A stretch of DNA of 63,997 nt, filler included, from Dimargaris cristalligena (taxonomy: Eukaryota), in NCBI GenBank assembly GCA_003614675.1. It is 16 parts of 16 records of this genome, joined end to end, with 100 filler letters (N's around TTAATTAATTAA, not from the genome) between each part and the next. Parts side by side here need not be neighbours in the genome. Positions count along the whole stretch, not along the records: positions 8,152 to 12,115 come from ML003850.1; positions 12,216 to 16,179 come from ML003851.1; positions 16,280 to 20,234 come from ML003852.1; positions 20,335 to 24,285 come from ML003853.1; 12 more parts are not named here. One strand, 5' to 3'. Shown one piece after another: positions 10,205 through 22,289 of this stretch. The translations under genes and the position numbers were made by a program. Below the pieces are notes generated by a model. The model did no database searches, was not told the origin of the DNA, and saw nothing but the letters and a program-made list of their open reading frames with translations. Numbering within the stretch: the first letter of the stretch is position 1; every line of letters starts with the position of its first letter.

Positions 10205-11886
10205 ACTGATAGGACGTTGGGCGGGAAAAAATGTAGAAGTCGAGAAAAGCCCGATAAATTCGATATATATGCAACAATGTGCTAATAACCACGGAAATCG
10301 ATAGGTAGGGCCCCAAAAAGCGAAGTATTGGGGAAGGGGGTTAGATAGTAAGGTAGTTTTATAATAGAAATAATAGAAAAATAGGAAGCAACTGATGCGG
10401 GACATGGTATGGGCTGGGAGATTGGCTTATATAAAGATGGCGGCTCGTACAAACCAGGATATGTGGCGACTGGCACTATGGGCAAGATGAATGGGAGGGG
10501 AGGGGGGAGGGGGACTCGCATCCCTCTAGAATTGATTGGGGCAAAACTGCTCTATATTCTTGGCCAGAATAACTGACTAGCGGGGGCCCAGATATCATCA
10601 ACGTAATGGTAAGTTATCATCCCCTCCTCCTTTCTATAAGTCTCTACTACCCGATCTATTGGCCAGATGTCCCCGACTCCGAATTCGCACAAAGCCTGTA
10701 TTGTGTCGCAGACTGTTCCTTCTCCATTGGCCCAATTTTATACAAGTACATACAGCCTCCTCCGGTATAATTACTCTAACTAGCTTACCCTTTTTGCTAC
10801 TCGCTGCGGAACTCGAAGGGGGTCTATCCCTTGGCCACCAATGCCGTTCACCAACCCGTGAGTAATGGTCTTAAAATGGTCCCTCAAGTCCAGCGACCAA
10901 GGGGTTAGGAAAGGGAATAACTGGAGGCTTGTCGATCGGGTCCCCGAAATTAGAAATTTGAGGAGATACGTAATAGGGGGTAAAGAAAGAGGCGAACATT
11001 TGTGGGTTTATGTCCTATCAAAATCTATGCCAAAGACCCATACATACCATGAAACCACAATCAACAACTGCCCTGTTCTTATTCCAAGCTTAAGCATCCC
11101 CCCCCTCGGGTCATTATGAATTGGCAAGAAATGGGCGATTCCCCAACCCCCTAACGGTCTAACTAACTTTGTATGTTTTATTATCAATACACATTATCTT
11201 ATTTTAACTCCATTTAATGATTCTACCAAGATGCCCCCGATGCTGCTCGGCTATCAAAATGGCGCTGAATGGGGAAGTGGGAGCTACCATTTCATTTATT
11301 TATATTTTTTAAAATAGAAAAATAAGATACATTTCAACTATTTGGCTAATACATGCCTGGCGTCGCATCTCTTTCCGCTTATAGCATCCCGTTTCCTCTT
11401 TCCATTAATTTTTAAATACCCGAATTTAAATTTCGAAGATTAGCCAGTACGGGTAACCTTCCCGAGTTCATCCATCCACTCAACAAGGCATACTGGATAA
11501 CTAAAGGGGTGGTAGGGTCCAACTCCAAAAGCATTCTCTTCATCTCACTCGTATACCCTTTTATCTAACTATGGAAAAATGGATATGCTCCCTTTTCACA
11601 CTTCCTATTTTTATATTATCATTATTTTAAAAATGATAACCCCGTAGACAGCGTGCGGGTAAGTGGGGTTAGTATTTTGAACCCCCCCCCCCTTGAGTCA
11701 GGCACAGTGGAATGGTCACACATCGGCTTCCTCCATATACCAATCATCGAGTCTTGTTCTTCCCCTCTTTACTGTCCATAGAACGCCTTCCCTTCTCTTA
11801 TTTATATAATTCCATTCGATTAAATACCACTTGCCTATCTTTTTTTTTACAGCCAAATGGAACTCAATAGCGCCCTAAAACCATAT

Positions 11887-12115
11887 GGGAGTAGTTCAGC
11901 GAGGCTGTATAACGAAAGATCCATTTGGATGAAATTCGGCCCAGCTATATATGGGTTTGCATTATACGTGTATGGGAAAATATATGGGAAATGTATTTTT
12001 AACTAGTAATATTGGCCGAATCCAATGGATTTTTTGTTATACAGCTTGGATGAACTTCTCCCATTTGATGAGGCAAATACTACTGGTTGAAAATAAACAT
12101 CCCACCGATTTTCCC
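11887..12115. mobile_element. MITE nested inside a MITE of the same family (inner copy 11927-12062)
   Basis: The outer copy matches the reverse complement of 40359-40488 but is split at ccATTTg. The inner 136-bp copy is flanked by ATTT at 11923-11926 and 12063-12066. Confidence 0.8.
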
Positions 12116-12286
12116 NNNNNNNNNNNNNNNNNNNNNNNNNNNNNNNNNNNNNNNNNNNNTTAATTAATTAANNNNNNNNNNNNNNNNNNNNNNNNNNNNN
12201 NNNNNNNNNNNNNNNACCTACTGTCCTCTAGCTGCTTTCTTCCCTTACTTCCAGTTTTATTTCCTTTACAACCTTAGTATTCCAAT

Positions 12287-12771
12287 ACCACAAACTTCAG
12301 CAGTACCTATTCCCAGGCCCAGGTTACCAGGATATCCTCAGGACCAGTCTGGTAATTCCCTCAGTTATCCTGCAGGAATCCCCAACCCTCAAGTACTGAA
12401 TGTCCCCATGACTTCCCCAGCAGCTAAGCCACTAAGTTTATTAGAACAAACTTATTCAGAACTCAATCAAAACCAGTAATGCCACCAATGTCCACAAAGT
12501 TCCTAGCCAATAACATCAAGTGGCCCAGGACTACCAGTGGTTATTCCAACAATAGTATCAAGACTAACTACTGCTTTCCATCACCCCTGAATACCCTAAC
12601 CCCTTGATTTATTTCCTGATATAAATAAGGGATAATTACCCATCTTTAATAAAGCAGACTTGGATACCCTGTTTCTTGCCTTTGAGACAACCAATTCTTT
12701 TACTAATTTTTACCAGATGTTTATTACTGTTTAAACTTTTATTTCAACTATTCCCCCACCATTGCACAACA
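12287..12771 (+). mobile_element. LTR family B copy, more mutated
   Basis: Reverse-complement homolog of 4333-4841; ends ATTGCACAACA; CpGs lost. Confidence 0.8.
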
Positions 12772-13803
12772 ACAGGAAAGAGATGCCATATTTTGCCATA
12801 TGTCAGAATATGCTCTGTATCCCATTAGATCTGTGAAAATAAGCTCTGATCAGCCAATTTAGTACTGAGGTGGGTGACTACTTGGGAATAGTTGGTGCTA
12901 CAACTTTTTTAATTTTTATTATCATCAAGTACATATTATATACATATATTTTTTGAATATATTTTCTATGTAATATGTTTCAAGCATCATTTTTATTAAT
13001 TTTCTTTTATTATCATATCTTAGTATAGTCCCCTAATTGGGATCCTGCAACAATATTTGGTTTATAATTGGTAAGATATTTTTTAAATTTGGTAACAGTA
13101 ATCATGTTAACTGAATCAGATTTATAGGGGGATAATATATGTATTTCCATAGTTGCACTGCTCAAAACTAAATTCAGTGATGCTGAACTTATTTTAAATA
13201 TTGGGCTATTTAACCAAGAGCACCCTTAAGACTTCTAGAGAATTCAGGTGGTAGCATTTAAGTTTGGTAATCTGGCAGTTGGCCATATCATTGGGACATG
13301 TCCCCTAATCCAGTAAGCATAGCTAACAAGGGCAAACTGTACACACCTGAATCAGATTCAGAGTTACAGAGGACATAAAGGAAATGCCTCCTTTGCTTTT
13401 GTTGAATGATACCAGTCAAAAGTATTGATGCACATATTCCGGCTTTTGCCCACAGCCACTATATATCACGTCTTATTAACTCTATCACAAGTTTCAGGGA
13501 GGTACAGCAGAGTATTCTCATCATCGGGGAAGCACACATATAAGGACACGCGGATTCGAATACTCCATTCATTAAGCGAATGGCTACTGAGTGATAGATA
13601 GTTTATATAAATTACAAAAAATAGATCGAAAAAAAAAGTATATAGAAAAAAAAGCTAGCTAAACTATTGATAAATGGCGTATCGGATGTGGAAAACCGGA
13701 TAAACTATTGTACCTCAGGATAATCGTAAAAAAAAATAATTCATATCATATCATTATATCCTGATCCAGCAAGACCGGTAACCCTCTCTCTCTCTCTCTT
13801 TCT

Positions 13804-16179
13804 CTATTGCTTGCACTGTAGACGGGGCAGAGGGTGCTTCTTCTTTGCCCAGTTACGGACGGGGCCCAAGACGACAAAGTATTCCCAAATGGCGACGGCC
13901 ACCATATTGGCGATGGAATAGCCCCACAGTTTGAAACGCATGTCCTGGGGCAATACGTTATGGCCCAGTTCACTGTTGTACGCCTCCACCTCAAACGAAG
14001 GGCGCTTGTAACCCAGTTGGACCAAGACTTCGGGCGTACCGCAGTTGAGTCGGAATGTGCAGCCGAGCCAGTTGGGGTCGGCTAGTTCGACGTAAGATAC
14101 CACCCCAATGAGCGCAGCCCAAATGGCCACCAGGGTGTAGTTACGCCACCACGATTGGCGGAACAGGTGTCCGAAATTGAACACTGCGGCGGCGTTGATG
14201 AATTGGAACAGGACCATCAGGGACAGCACTTCGCCCTCGTAGTTGTCGGCCAATAGCCACCATTTGGATAAATCGACTAGGCGCGAGTCGAACTCGTGGC
14301 ACTTGAACCAGGGTTGCGAGAATAAGAAGAAGAACCCGCCAATGATGAACATCCAGTTAATGAACACCTGACCAATGGCCGAGGCCAGCGTTTGGGGGCC
14401 CAACAGGCGCGCAGTGGGTCTGGACGCGCACAGGCGCCGGGCCGGACCGGATAGGGTCACGGCCACCGCCAGACCCACCGTGATAAATGCGTCAATGAGA
14501 ATCCAGAGGGGCTGCGAAATCTGGGACGAGAAGTAGAATCCAATCAGTTTGAGACAGGCCATGATTTGGCCATACAGAATCAGATACTTGTAGTCGGCCA
14601 GGGAAGTGGCAATCGCGGCGCGGCCCTGTCGGAGCAGTTCCACGCAGGACTGGATGGAGCGGACACTGGTGCTAAACGGGGAAACAATGGAGGCTTCGGC
14701 TTCGCTAAGGGCAATACCAACGTGGGCGGCGCGGAGGGCGCCGCAGTCATTACCACCATCACCGCACATGGCCGTGATACCACGCTCCATGTGAAGTTGG
14801 ACACAGTCGACCTTATCCTGGGGGGTCATACGGGCGAAAATGCGAATATCCAGCAGGTATTGGCGGATGGTTTCATTGTCAACCAACACCCGGAACGCTT
14901 TACCAGTGACGGCCAGTTCCACCCCACGGTCGGGAGTCTGGGATGTTAAGGCGTCATTGACCTGTACCGGCTGCTTGGTGTCCACGTCGATCCAAGTCAG
15001 ATTCCCCTGTTTGTCTACATCGGCGAGCAGGACCCGGTCGTTGGCGGGGGTCATACCACAGGCTTGGGCAATGTACACCCCGGTCAGAGCAGTGTCACCG
15101 GTAATCATTACGGTACGAGTGTTACCCTCCTTAAGTTCGGTAATGGCATCCGTAGTGTCCGACTTGAGGTTATTCTTAAATAGGATTAATCCAATGAAGT
15201 CGGCATTCTGTTCCAGTTGCTCGCGGCTGGTCCGGCGCACCTCCTCAAGATCCACCACTCCCAGGTCGCGATGGGCCATACTCAGCACGTAGCAACCCTC
15301 CTGGGCCAATTGGTTGGTGACCTGGTCGTAATCGGCGGGCAGAGACTCCTGCCGAACCAGGTCCTTGACCTTCTCGAACGAGCCCTTGATGAACACGTGG
15401 ACATGGCCGGTAGCGCTATCCAGCACCGCGACGGACATGGACATGCGAGCATGAATGAACTCGAACCGCTTGACGACATGGATGGCGGGGTCCTGGGGCA
15501 CATAGGAAGTGGGTCGCAGAGAATCGAGGTACTCGGGGCTCTCGGGCGAACAAAGATCCCACTGAGTCGACCGGAACATTTCAATATCCACGGGGTTACC
15601 AATCAACTGGCCTTCCACGTCCGTAACGGTATGCGCAGAGGCGATACCCATTCGCATAAGAGGCGCAGTATGGGCGAACTCGGGTTTCCGGGTGTCGAAG
15701 GAGGGTTTGTTGGTGATTGTGTTTAAGGCAGAAGAGGGTTCGGAGGGATTGGCTAAAGCCGCCACAGGCTGGGATCCGTAGAATTCAAGACCCTCCTTAG
15801 TCAGGGTGCCGGTTTTATCGAAGCAAAAGATTTGCACTTTACCGGCAATGACAATGCGGGGCAGGTCCACGCAGAAAATCTTCTTCTTGCGCAACCGGCC
15901 GGCGGCCATGGACTGGCCTACTACGAGGGCCGCGGGCAGGAGGGGACTCAGAATCTGCGAGATGCAGAACATACCGTAGAACCAGGAGGCCACGAAGTCT
16001 TCGTTCATCATCCACAGGGCCATAGCGAATAGGAATAGGCCGTAAATGAGCAACATGATGATGACGACCTTGAGTTGCTCGTTGAAAATAAACGAGATGG
16101 GGTTGGGGAACAGAATGTTGCGCACCAATTGGCCCTTGTCAGTAGCGGTACCCGTGCGGAAGACCAGAGCGCCCATTCG
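13804..16179 (-). CDS. P5-type (ATP13A/Ypk9-like) P-type ATPase, 5'-partial
   Basis: SPLLPAAL, CFDKTGTLT phosphorylation motif, FEF..ARMSMSV, KGSFE, MITGD, FARMTPQDK, MCGDGGNDCGAL, EASIVSPF, and C-terminal transmembrane helices. Confidence 0.93.
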   Translation of the reverse strand, partial: RMGALVFRTGTATDKGQLVRNILFPNPISFIFNEQLKVVIIMLLIYGLFLFAMALWMMNEDFVASWFYGMFCISQILSPLLPAALVVGQSMAAGRLRKKKIFCVDLPRIVIAGKVQIFCFDKTGTLTKEGLEFYGSQPVAALANPSEPSSALNTITNKPSFDTRKPEFAHTAPLMRMGIASAHTVTDVEGQLIGNPVDIEMFRSTQWDLCSPESPEYLDSLRPTSYVPQDPAIHVVKRFEFIHARMSMSVAVLDSATGHVHVFIKGSFEKVKDLVRQESLPADYDQVTNQLAQEGCYVLSMAHRDLGVVDLEEVRRTSREQLEQNADFIGLILFKNNLKSDTTDAITELKEGNTRTVMITGDTALTGVYIAQACGMTPANDRVLLADVDKQGNLTWIDVDTKQPVQVNDALTSQTPDRGVELAVTGKAFRVLVDNETIRQYLLDIRIFARMTPQDKVDCVQLHMERGITAMCGDGGNDCGALRAAHVGIALSEAEASIVSPFSTSVRSIQSCVELLRQGRAAIATSLADYKYLILYGQIMACLKLIGFYFSSQISQPLWILIDAFITVGLAVAVTLSGPARRLCASRPTARLLGPQTLASAIGQVFINWMFIIGGFFFLFSQPWFKCHEFDSRLVDLSKWWLLADNYEGEVLSLMVLFQFINAAAVFNFGHLFRQSWWRNYTLVAIWAALIGVVSYVELADPNWLGCTFRLNCGTPEVLVQLGYKRPSFEVEAYNSELGHNVLPQDMRFKLWGYSIANMVAVAIWEYFVVLGPVRNWAKKKHPLPRLQCKQ

Positions 16180-16929
16180 NNNNNNNNNNNNNNNNNNNNN
16201 NNNNNNNNNNNNNNNNNNNNNNNTTAATTAATTAANNNNNNNNNNNNNNNNNNNNNNNNNNNNNNNNNNNNNNNNNNNNGTACTCCCATTATTTCTTTAT
16301 AGTTACACGGCCCTACTCGGCCTTTACGGTTACACTAGCTTCCCGGCCAATTGGGATGGTAAGTTGAATAGACGACGAGGAGATGCTGTTCATCACACAG
16401 GGTTACACCTAATTTAATCACAGGGTTTATAGACCGCAGCTTGGGGTCATCGCGGTAGGAATAGCCTAATATTAAAGGATATCTGTTAACAGAGGGATAG
16501 CCAACCCGGCCCAATGGTATGGATTGGGAACATCTTCCAGTTTCTTTTGGTGAAACGGTCCTCAATTCTTGTTTGCAAGGCACAGGCAAGTGTTGTATTT
16601 CCGTGGCCCCTAATTTCCTTTGAATAGCAACGGCCAGGGATAATTACGGCCTTTACTTCTCCCAGCCGGCTCGGGTGTCTCTCCCCTTGCCCATATCTCG
16701 CGCTCCTTGCTCACCTGTGCTCTCCTCTCCGGTGCTCGTCCCCAGCATATAACCACGCCATTCCCCCCATATTTATTCTATACCACCTACTCCTAGCCTA
16801 CCCCATTCTAACCGATATTCGACTTCCCTTTTGTTTCTTTGCGCTTCCCCGCCATCTTCGACTATCAAGAATTGCTCGCCGTTAGCCGACCTGTTCTTTC
16901 CAACCCCCCTCCTAGATCTTCATCTATCG

Positions 16930-18651
16930 ATGATGAAGCCGTACGTTGTTCCGGTCACCTTGCTAAGCCTGGCCCTGACCCAAAGTGTTGTTGGCCGCCC
17001 CCAGCCCATGGGTGCATGCTGTTCCGTGGACCGCGGTATCTCATTAGATGAAGTTGAGTACCAATCTGGCGATCATCTCAATACAAATCCCGATAGCAGT
17101 GATACGCAGGCCAAACCTCCCTCCCAAAACATGGGTTTTCATTATACCCCCAACTATCAGCTTGCACTTATTCCCCAAGAGATTCGCGGAAGAATTTATA
17201 GAACATTGGATAATGATAGTCTTCTGCGCTTATCAGAGACCAATCGCCTATTACATACTAACGTCAAAACCGACCAAGAAAGTCAAGAATTTTTAAAAGT
17301 AAGTCTACCAGCTTTATCCGAAACAGTTAAACGGTTGCCCTGCCCTTCAGCTTGTCGCCATCCTTTTTAGTTTCTCTAGTTTGATGTTCTTTACTTTTGA
17401 ATTCTACCTCTATCCCCATCGACTAGTTCCTTATTTTAATCATTCTATGCTGTTGATCTGCATTGATTCTCGGATTGTCTACTGCCGGGAAAGTTGACTA
17501 AAAGCATCAACCCTGTGGTATCAAGTAGTGACCCCATAGATGTGGAAGGGTTAAAAACCCTCTTTCCGATGCAGCCAGCGGATGCAATCGCGGCCGCCAT
17601 CTGGTCTGACAAATGGAATTTAAGTGTGGATGAAAAGGGCCCTCCGACTGGGGAAGCCAACCCGTCGCACCGGAGCAACCTCTCCGAGGAAGAGTCGAAG
17701 AAAGTCACGAAACCTTTGCAGGGATACGAGAAATATAGGGAGGACTCCAACAATGCTTTGAGGGAATTTAAGGCGGATTGGGAATATTTGGACTTCACCG
17801 GATTAAATAGCGCCCAAAAACGTGTACTGTTCCCTGCATTATATTCCCTGATAGAATCATCCGAGGAATCTATTATCAAGCTATTCGAGAAGATATTGCC
17901 TTTAGATTCTGGCAGTATACCGGTTGATGCCCCTGAGCTACAGTATTATACCAACAAGTGGTTCGGAATTACATCGGAGCACGACGTCAAACTTACTTTC
18001 GAATGGCAAACGGCAGTCAGTGCCTACGCAGTCCTTGCCACTTTCGGCCGATTCCCCACCTTAAGAAAATTGGAGCAATTGATTATGGAGCATCGTCCAT
18101 CTATGTACAGAGAGCTACAACCGTTTGTGACTTTATTGCATTGGGAATTTGACCATTCCTCCGCCGGTCCAGAAGCCCCAGAGAACTATACATTCGGGTA
18201 TGACTGCCGTTATGCTGGTGATATGGGATTCACAAAGGCCGAGGAAGAGTGCCGTACCCACATGGAGAGCAAAAGTGCGGAGTTTGGTCTATTAGATCAA
18301 TGGACTGCTGAAGGGTTTATATACTTCCATCGCAACTCCCATGGCAAGCCCAAGTTGGCCATCCGAGTCCGTCGCTCAGCTGTCAATCAATTAATTAAGG
18401 ACAGCCAATTCCCGGAGCTCAATAATAGTTGGCTACCTCATAGCAATCTTGAAAGACAACAGGAATTGATGCACAATCAGCCAATGTACGAACCGGTGAA
18501 GCCTTCCCTCTCCACGAGCGAATCTTTCAGCTCTAGTTGGGATTCGGATGAATTTATGTGGCCAGATTCCCGTCGAGAGCCTACGCTTAGCAATCCGATA
18601 CCAGATAAGGGATACACTGATCATTTCGATATTACCAAGCTCATGTTGTAG
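16930..18651 (+). CDS. Orphan secreted protein with MGACCS motif and F-box-like motif; exon 1 16930-17298, second exon in ORF 17494-18651
   Basis: Signal peptide MMKPYVVPVTLLSLALTQSVVG. LALIPQEIRGRIYRTLDNDSLLRLSETNRLLH fits the F-box consensus. Phase-0 GTAAGT donor at 17299. The acceptor is unresolved; in-frame AGs end at 17493 and 17574. Confidence 0.65.
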
Positions 18652-19961
18652 TGAAAGATATTTTTTACTATTTTTTCTTCCCACTACTGTTCTACATCAA
18701 TAAACTGTTGGAAATATAAATTCGATGGTAAACACAAGTGCCTTCGGATACAACTGAATTGATTTAAAGAAGAGAGAAAGAACCGCAAGGGGCAAAGCTA
18801 GCTACCTGTGGTTGGTTTTATTGAGTTGGAATTAGCAGTAATGATGATAAAAACATTGTTCCGAGTATAGGGTGACATTATCATAGATATAGTATAGTCC
18901 CGGGTATTAGGACGGACCAATCAGAGGAAAGGAGTTGGTGGGACGGGGGAAATGAATTTCCAACATAAACGTTTAAGGTGGTGATCATCTGACACTCTAG
19001 ACCACTCCTGCTCACAGTATAAGCTAAATATCTAAGACTTACAATTGTAGGTTTTGTTACGTGCCAATAGGGCGAAATGGAACTACCAAAATATAGGGAT
19101 AGATATTTATTGTATAGGACATAAAACAGGGAAGAGCCTCCCAGAGCAACAGGGGGGTGGGAGCACTTGTTTTTGATAACCAATGATGGGGGAAATCCCT
19201 CTGACCTAGTATATGATATACTTGCACTATTATTAGCTGAGTGGCCCATTACAGTTTAAGAGTTAATGAAATGTAAGAATACTACATTGATTACTGATTA
19301 CTTGTACTTTTTAAAATAAGAAGAGCTCTTACTAATTGGTATTGGCAAGTCACTTATTTTAATAGATTTATTCTTAGTATAAAGTTTGGAACACAGAAAT
19401 CCTAGGTTGCCCTTAAGGTTAAATATAATAATCAAGGCTATTTATACACTCATGTTTTTTGTGAAGCAAGCAGTATATTTTTTTAGTCCCTCCACGTGGC
19501 TGAGAAGCCACTTAGTAGCTAAATATATTAGTTATCTAATCCAGAAGAACACTTGGATGGCAAAGTCCCTATCAATGTAGATATCTAGCCCAGGTGGAGT
19601 AAGTTGTATATATGGCTAATTAATGAATAGTGTCTTTCCTAAACTGACTAATAGTATGGGGCTTTTAACTTTAGGGTTTATTAATGGAGTATTATCCTAT
19701 GTGGTAATAGAAGATAGACCCAGCTATTAAATATCCCTCCTTTAGTAATTAAGTGACTTTCTGTTTATAAGGTTACTACTAGTATATTATGGCCTAGTGA
19801 ACTAGTTGGGTCAGATATTACATCATTAGGAGTAAAAGCTGGGCCACTGGGTAGGAAGTTCAGGTTAATTGTAACCCTAGTAAGTAACTTAAGGGTTACA
19901 ATGTAATAGATTTTAGATATATTTATTTAAAGTAACATATAAATTTATTACTCTTAGTCCA

Positions 19962-20234
19962 TGTGGTGAACCTACCATATTTACCTACTTTTATTTTTTA
20001 TATATTTTTCACATTTATCAGAACGATGCCCCTGATGAGTGAATATGCCCCTGCCCCTGACGAGTATAGTCATTTTTCCTCCATTTTCATTAGTATAGTA
20101 TTTTTTCTATTAGTATATTATATACCCTTTGTGGTGAACTTACCACATTTTTACCTACTTTTTTTATATCTATTTTTCACACTTATCGGAAGTACACCCC
20201 TGATAAGTGAATGAGCCCCTGCCCCTGCCCCTGA
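19962..20234 (+). repeat. Direct repeat with 168-bp period starting TGTGGTGAAC; probable LTR start, also inverted at 32491-32544
   Basis: Copies start at 19962 and 20130. A reverse-complement copy opens the contig at 32491. Confidence 0.6.
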
Positions 20235-20334
20235 NNNNNNNNNNNNNNNNNNNNNNNNNNNNNNNNNNNNNNNNNNNNTTAATTAATTAANNNNNNNNNN
20301 NNNNNNNNNNNNNNNNNNNNNNNNNNNNNNNNNN

Positions 20335-20510
20335 CCTTCTCTCCCTTTCTCTATTATTTATCTATCTTTTTATTTGGGCTTCTCTTTTTAAGTATTGATA
20401 CTCCCCCTTACTACCACTTAGAACAGTAAGTCTATCATCTCCTTTCCCTTTTTATCATCTATTTTTTAAATAAAGTTCAGTTTTTAAGGATTTAATTTCA
20501 GTTCTTTACA
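20335..20510 (+). mobile_element. 3' part of a family-E LTR (ends GTTCTTTACA)
   Basis: Homologous to 40589-40719; AATAAA present; differs mainly by CA->TA and TG->TA changes. Confidence 0.65.
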
Positions 20511-20599
20511 GCCATTCTAACCTTCCCATAGTTACCCCTAGAACTATGGGATTACCCTATATTATATAACCCTTCCCCTTCTGGACCCTGCCTCTTTGT

Positions 20600-21028
20600 A
20601 CTAATCACTTAAGTACTGATCTAACCCTCTCTTCTAGTTACTATCAGAGTCTTCCAGATACTAATGGCTATCTGGTTGGCCTATTTTACCTATACCTTAG
20701 TCTTAGTAGTATCCTTTCCCCAGGACCTCCCTCTGGAGTTATCCCTATATATATATAACTAGGCCCCATTAGGTCCAGTTAGATTCCTTAGCTTATTCTT
20801 ACCCCCTAGTTTGCCCCAATAAACTCTATGTATGTTTACCCCCCTTGTACTACTAGTAAGTGTGCCCACTGTACATCCCTAACATTAACCTGCATTTACC
20901 CTTTATTGGTTAGTACTACACCCCCATCCTAATGCTAGTAGCAGCTTGGCTGAGCCTAAGCCCCACCTACCATTAGAAGCATACCCTTGGGACTCTTAAC
21001 AGACTAAGAGTGGTAAACCCAGGCAACA
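20600..21028 (+). mobile_element. Decayed family-D LTR
   Basis: Colinear with ~43030-43453 (CCCCAGGACCTCCC, TATATATAAC, AATAAACTCTAT, GACTAAGAGTGG..GGCAACA). The left boundary is approximate. Confidence 0.7.
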
Positions 21029-21215
21029 GTGGTAATTACATATTGCTTGTCAAAGTACAAATGTGCAGGTGTTGTTAGCATCTCAAATGAAAGGCTCATT
21101 TACAATGATGGCAGGAATAATCAGAGTCTCACATATTTTTAATTGCAGATTGGTGTATAAAAAGATGGATGAGTATTCCATATAGATGCTTGCTGTCAAT
21201 TTTCAACTGTTTTAT

Positions 21216-21878
21216 CTAAGAAGATTTATGGGAACTTTTAGGGCAACTTTGGGAGCTACAACAGGCATATCTATTGTGCTTCCTGAGTGAATTGTGGCCA
21301 GTTAATTTTTTTAGACAATTGCAATATGTGACCGGTTGATGCATGTTCAAGATATGGTTTTTGAGGCACTTGGGATTGGGGGACACCCAGTTACATTTGG
21401 CATATGGTAGGTTATTCAAAAGTGTATGTGTTGGGTTATGGAAGGCATTGGTATCAGTGCTGGCTATTACCCATTTATTGCGCTTCCGGCAATATGCCCT
21501 ATAGATACCACTATTGGATTGCTTTGGGGTAGAGGGACTGACCAAGGGTTCAGCTCCACCACCATCCAGTATACCATAATTGGCCATGGCCCGTGCTTTA
21601 CTATCACAGTAATTGCCATAGTAGATTCTGCTGTCAGCATGGCCATCAACTCTGTCCCAGTCATTAATTGGGCCTGGCACATCACTGTCGCCCTCCCATG
21701 ACAAATGGGAATCTATGCACGTATTTGATTTATCCATGTTGGTGTTATCTGGGCCAGTGCTGCGAGGATACTGAGACACATTCGGTTCGTCTGCTAAGCT
21801 ACTAGATGCACCAAAATCATTCACAATGAAATCAAGTGACAACTTTTGACGTTATTGAGGACATTGATGTAGGTTCAT
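21216..21878 (-). pseudogene. Probable C2H2 zinc-finger-like gene with an in-frame TAA near the start
   Basis: ATG(21878) NLHQCPQ*RQKLSLDFIVN..., with the stop at 21852-21854. C-terminal YAKCNW..PKCLKNHILNMH and YCNCLKKLTGHNSLRKH resemble degenerate C2H2 fingers. Confidence 0.45.
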
Positions 21879-22150
21879 GAATGGACATTCCTGCTAGCCC
21901 CTTTAACCACTCCAGTAAGACAATTACAACCGCCCAATACGATAGCCTGTACATCAAAGCCAGTATTCACGAAGAAGCAGACTTGGGGGGTGGTAGCAAT
22001 AAAAATAGAACCAGTTAATATTCTGGGTGCAGCAATACACCGATAAACCAAATGGGTGAATAAGTCTAGTACAGGCTACTCTATAAACGGTGCTATTACT
22101 AGTAGCTTTCGAAATAAAGTGCGAAAGGTGTGTAATACTGTAGAAACAAT

Positions 22151-22289
22151 GTGAGAGGTTCATCAACCAAGCTGTTTAACGAAAAATCCATTGGATGAAG
22201 TGAATATTATTGGTTAAAAATAAATATCCCATATATTATCCCATACACGTATCATTTAAAAACTTATACAACTGGGCCGCATTTCACCC
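22151..22289. mobile_element. MITE copy
   Basis: Homologous to 11927-12062 and 25762-25897 in the opposite orientation; ends TTTCACCC|ATATG. Confidence 0.7.

Noticed and set aside
19260..19960. Possible decayed reverse-transcriptase fragment on the minus strand
   Set aside because: CpG-poor and stop-rich like the other relics, but I could not read a convincing motif.
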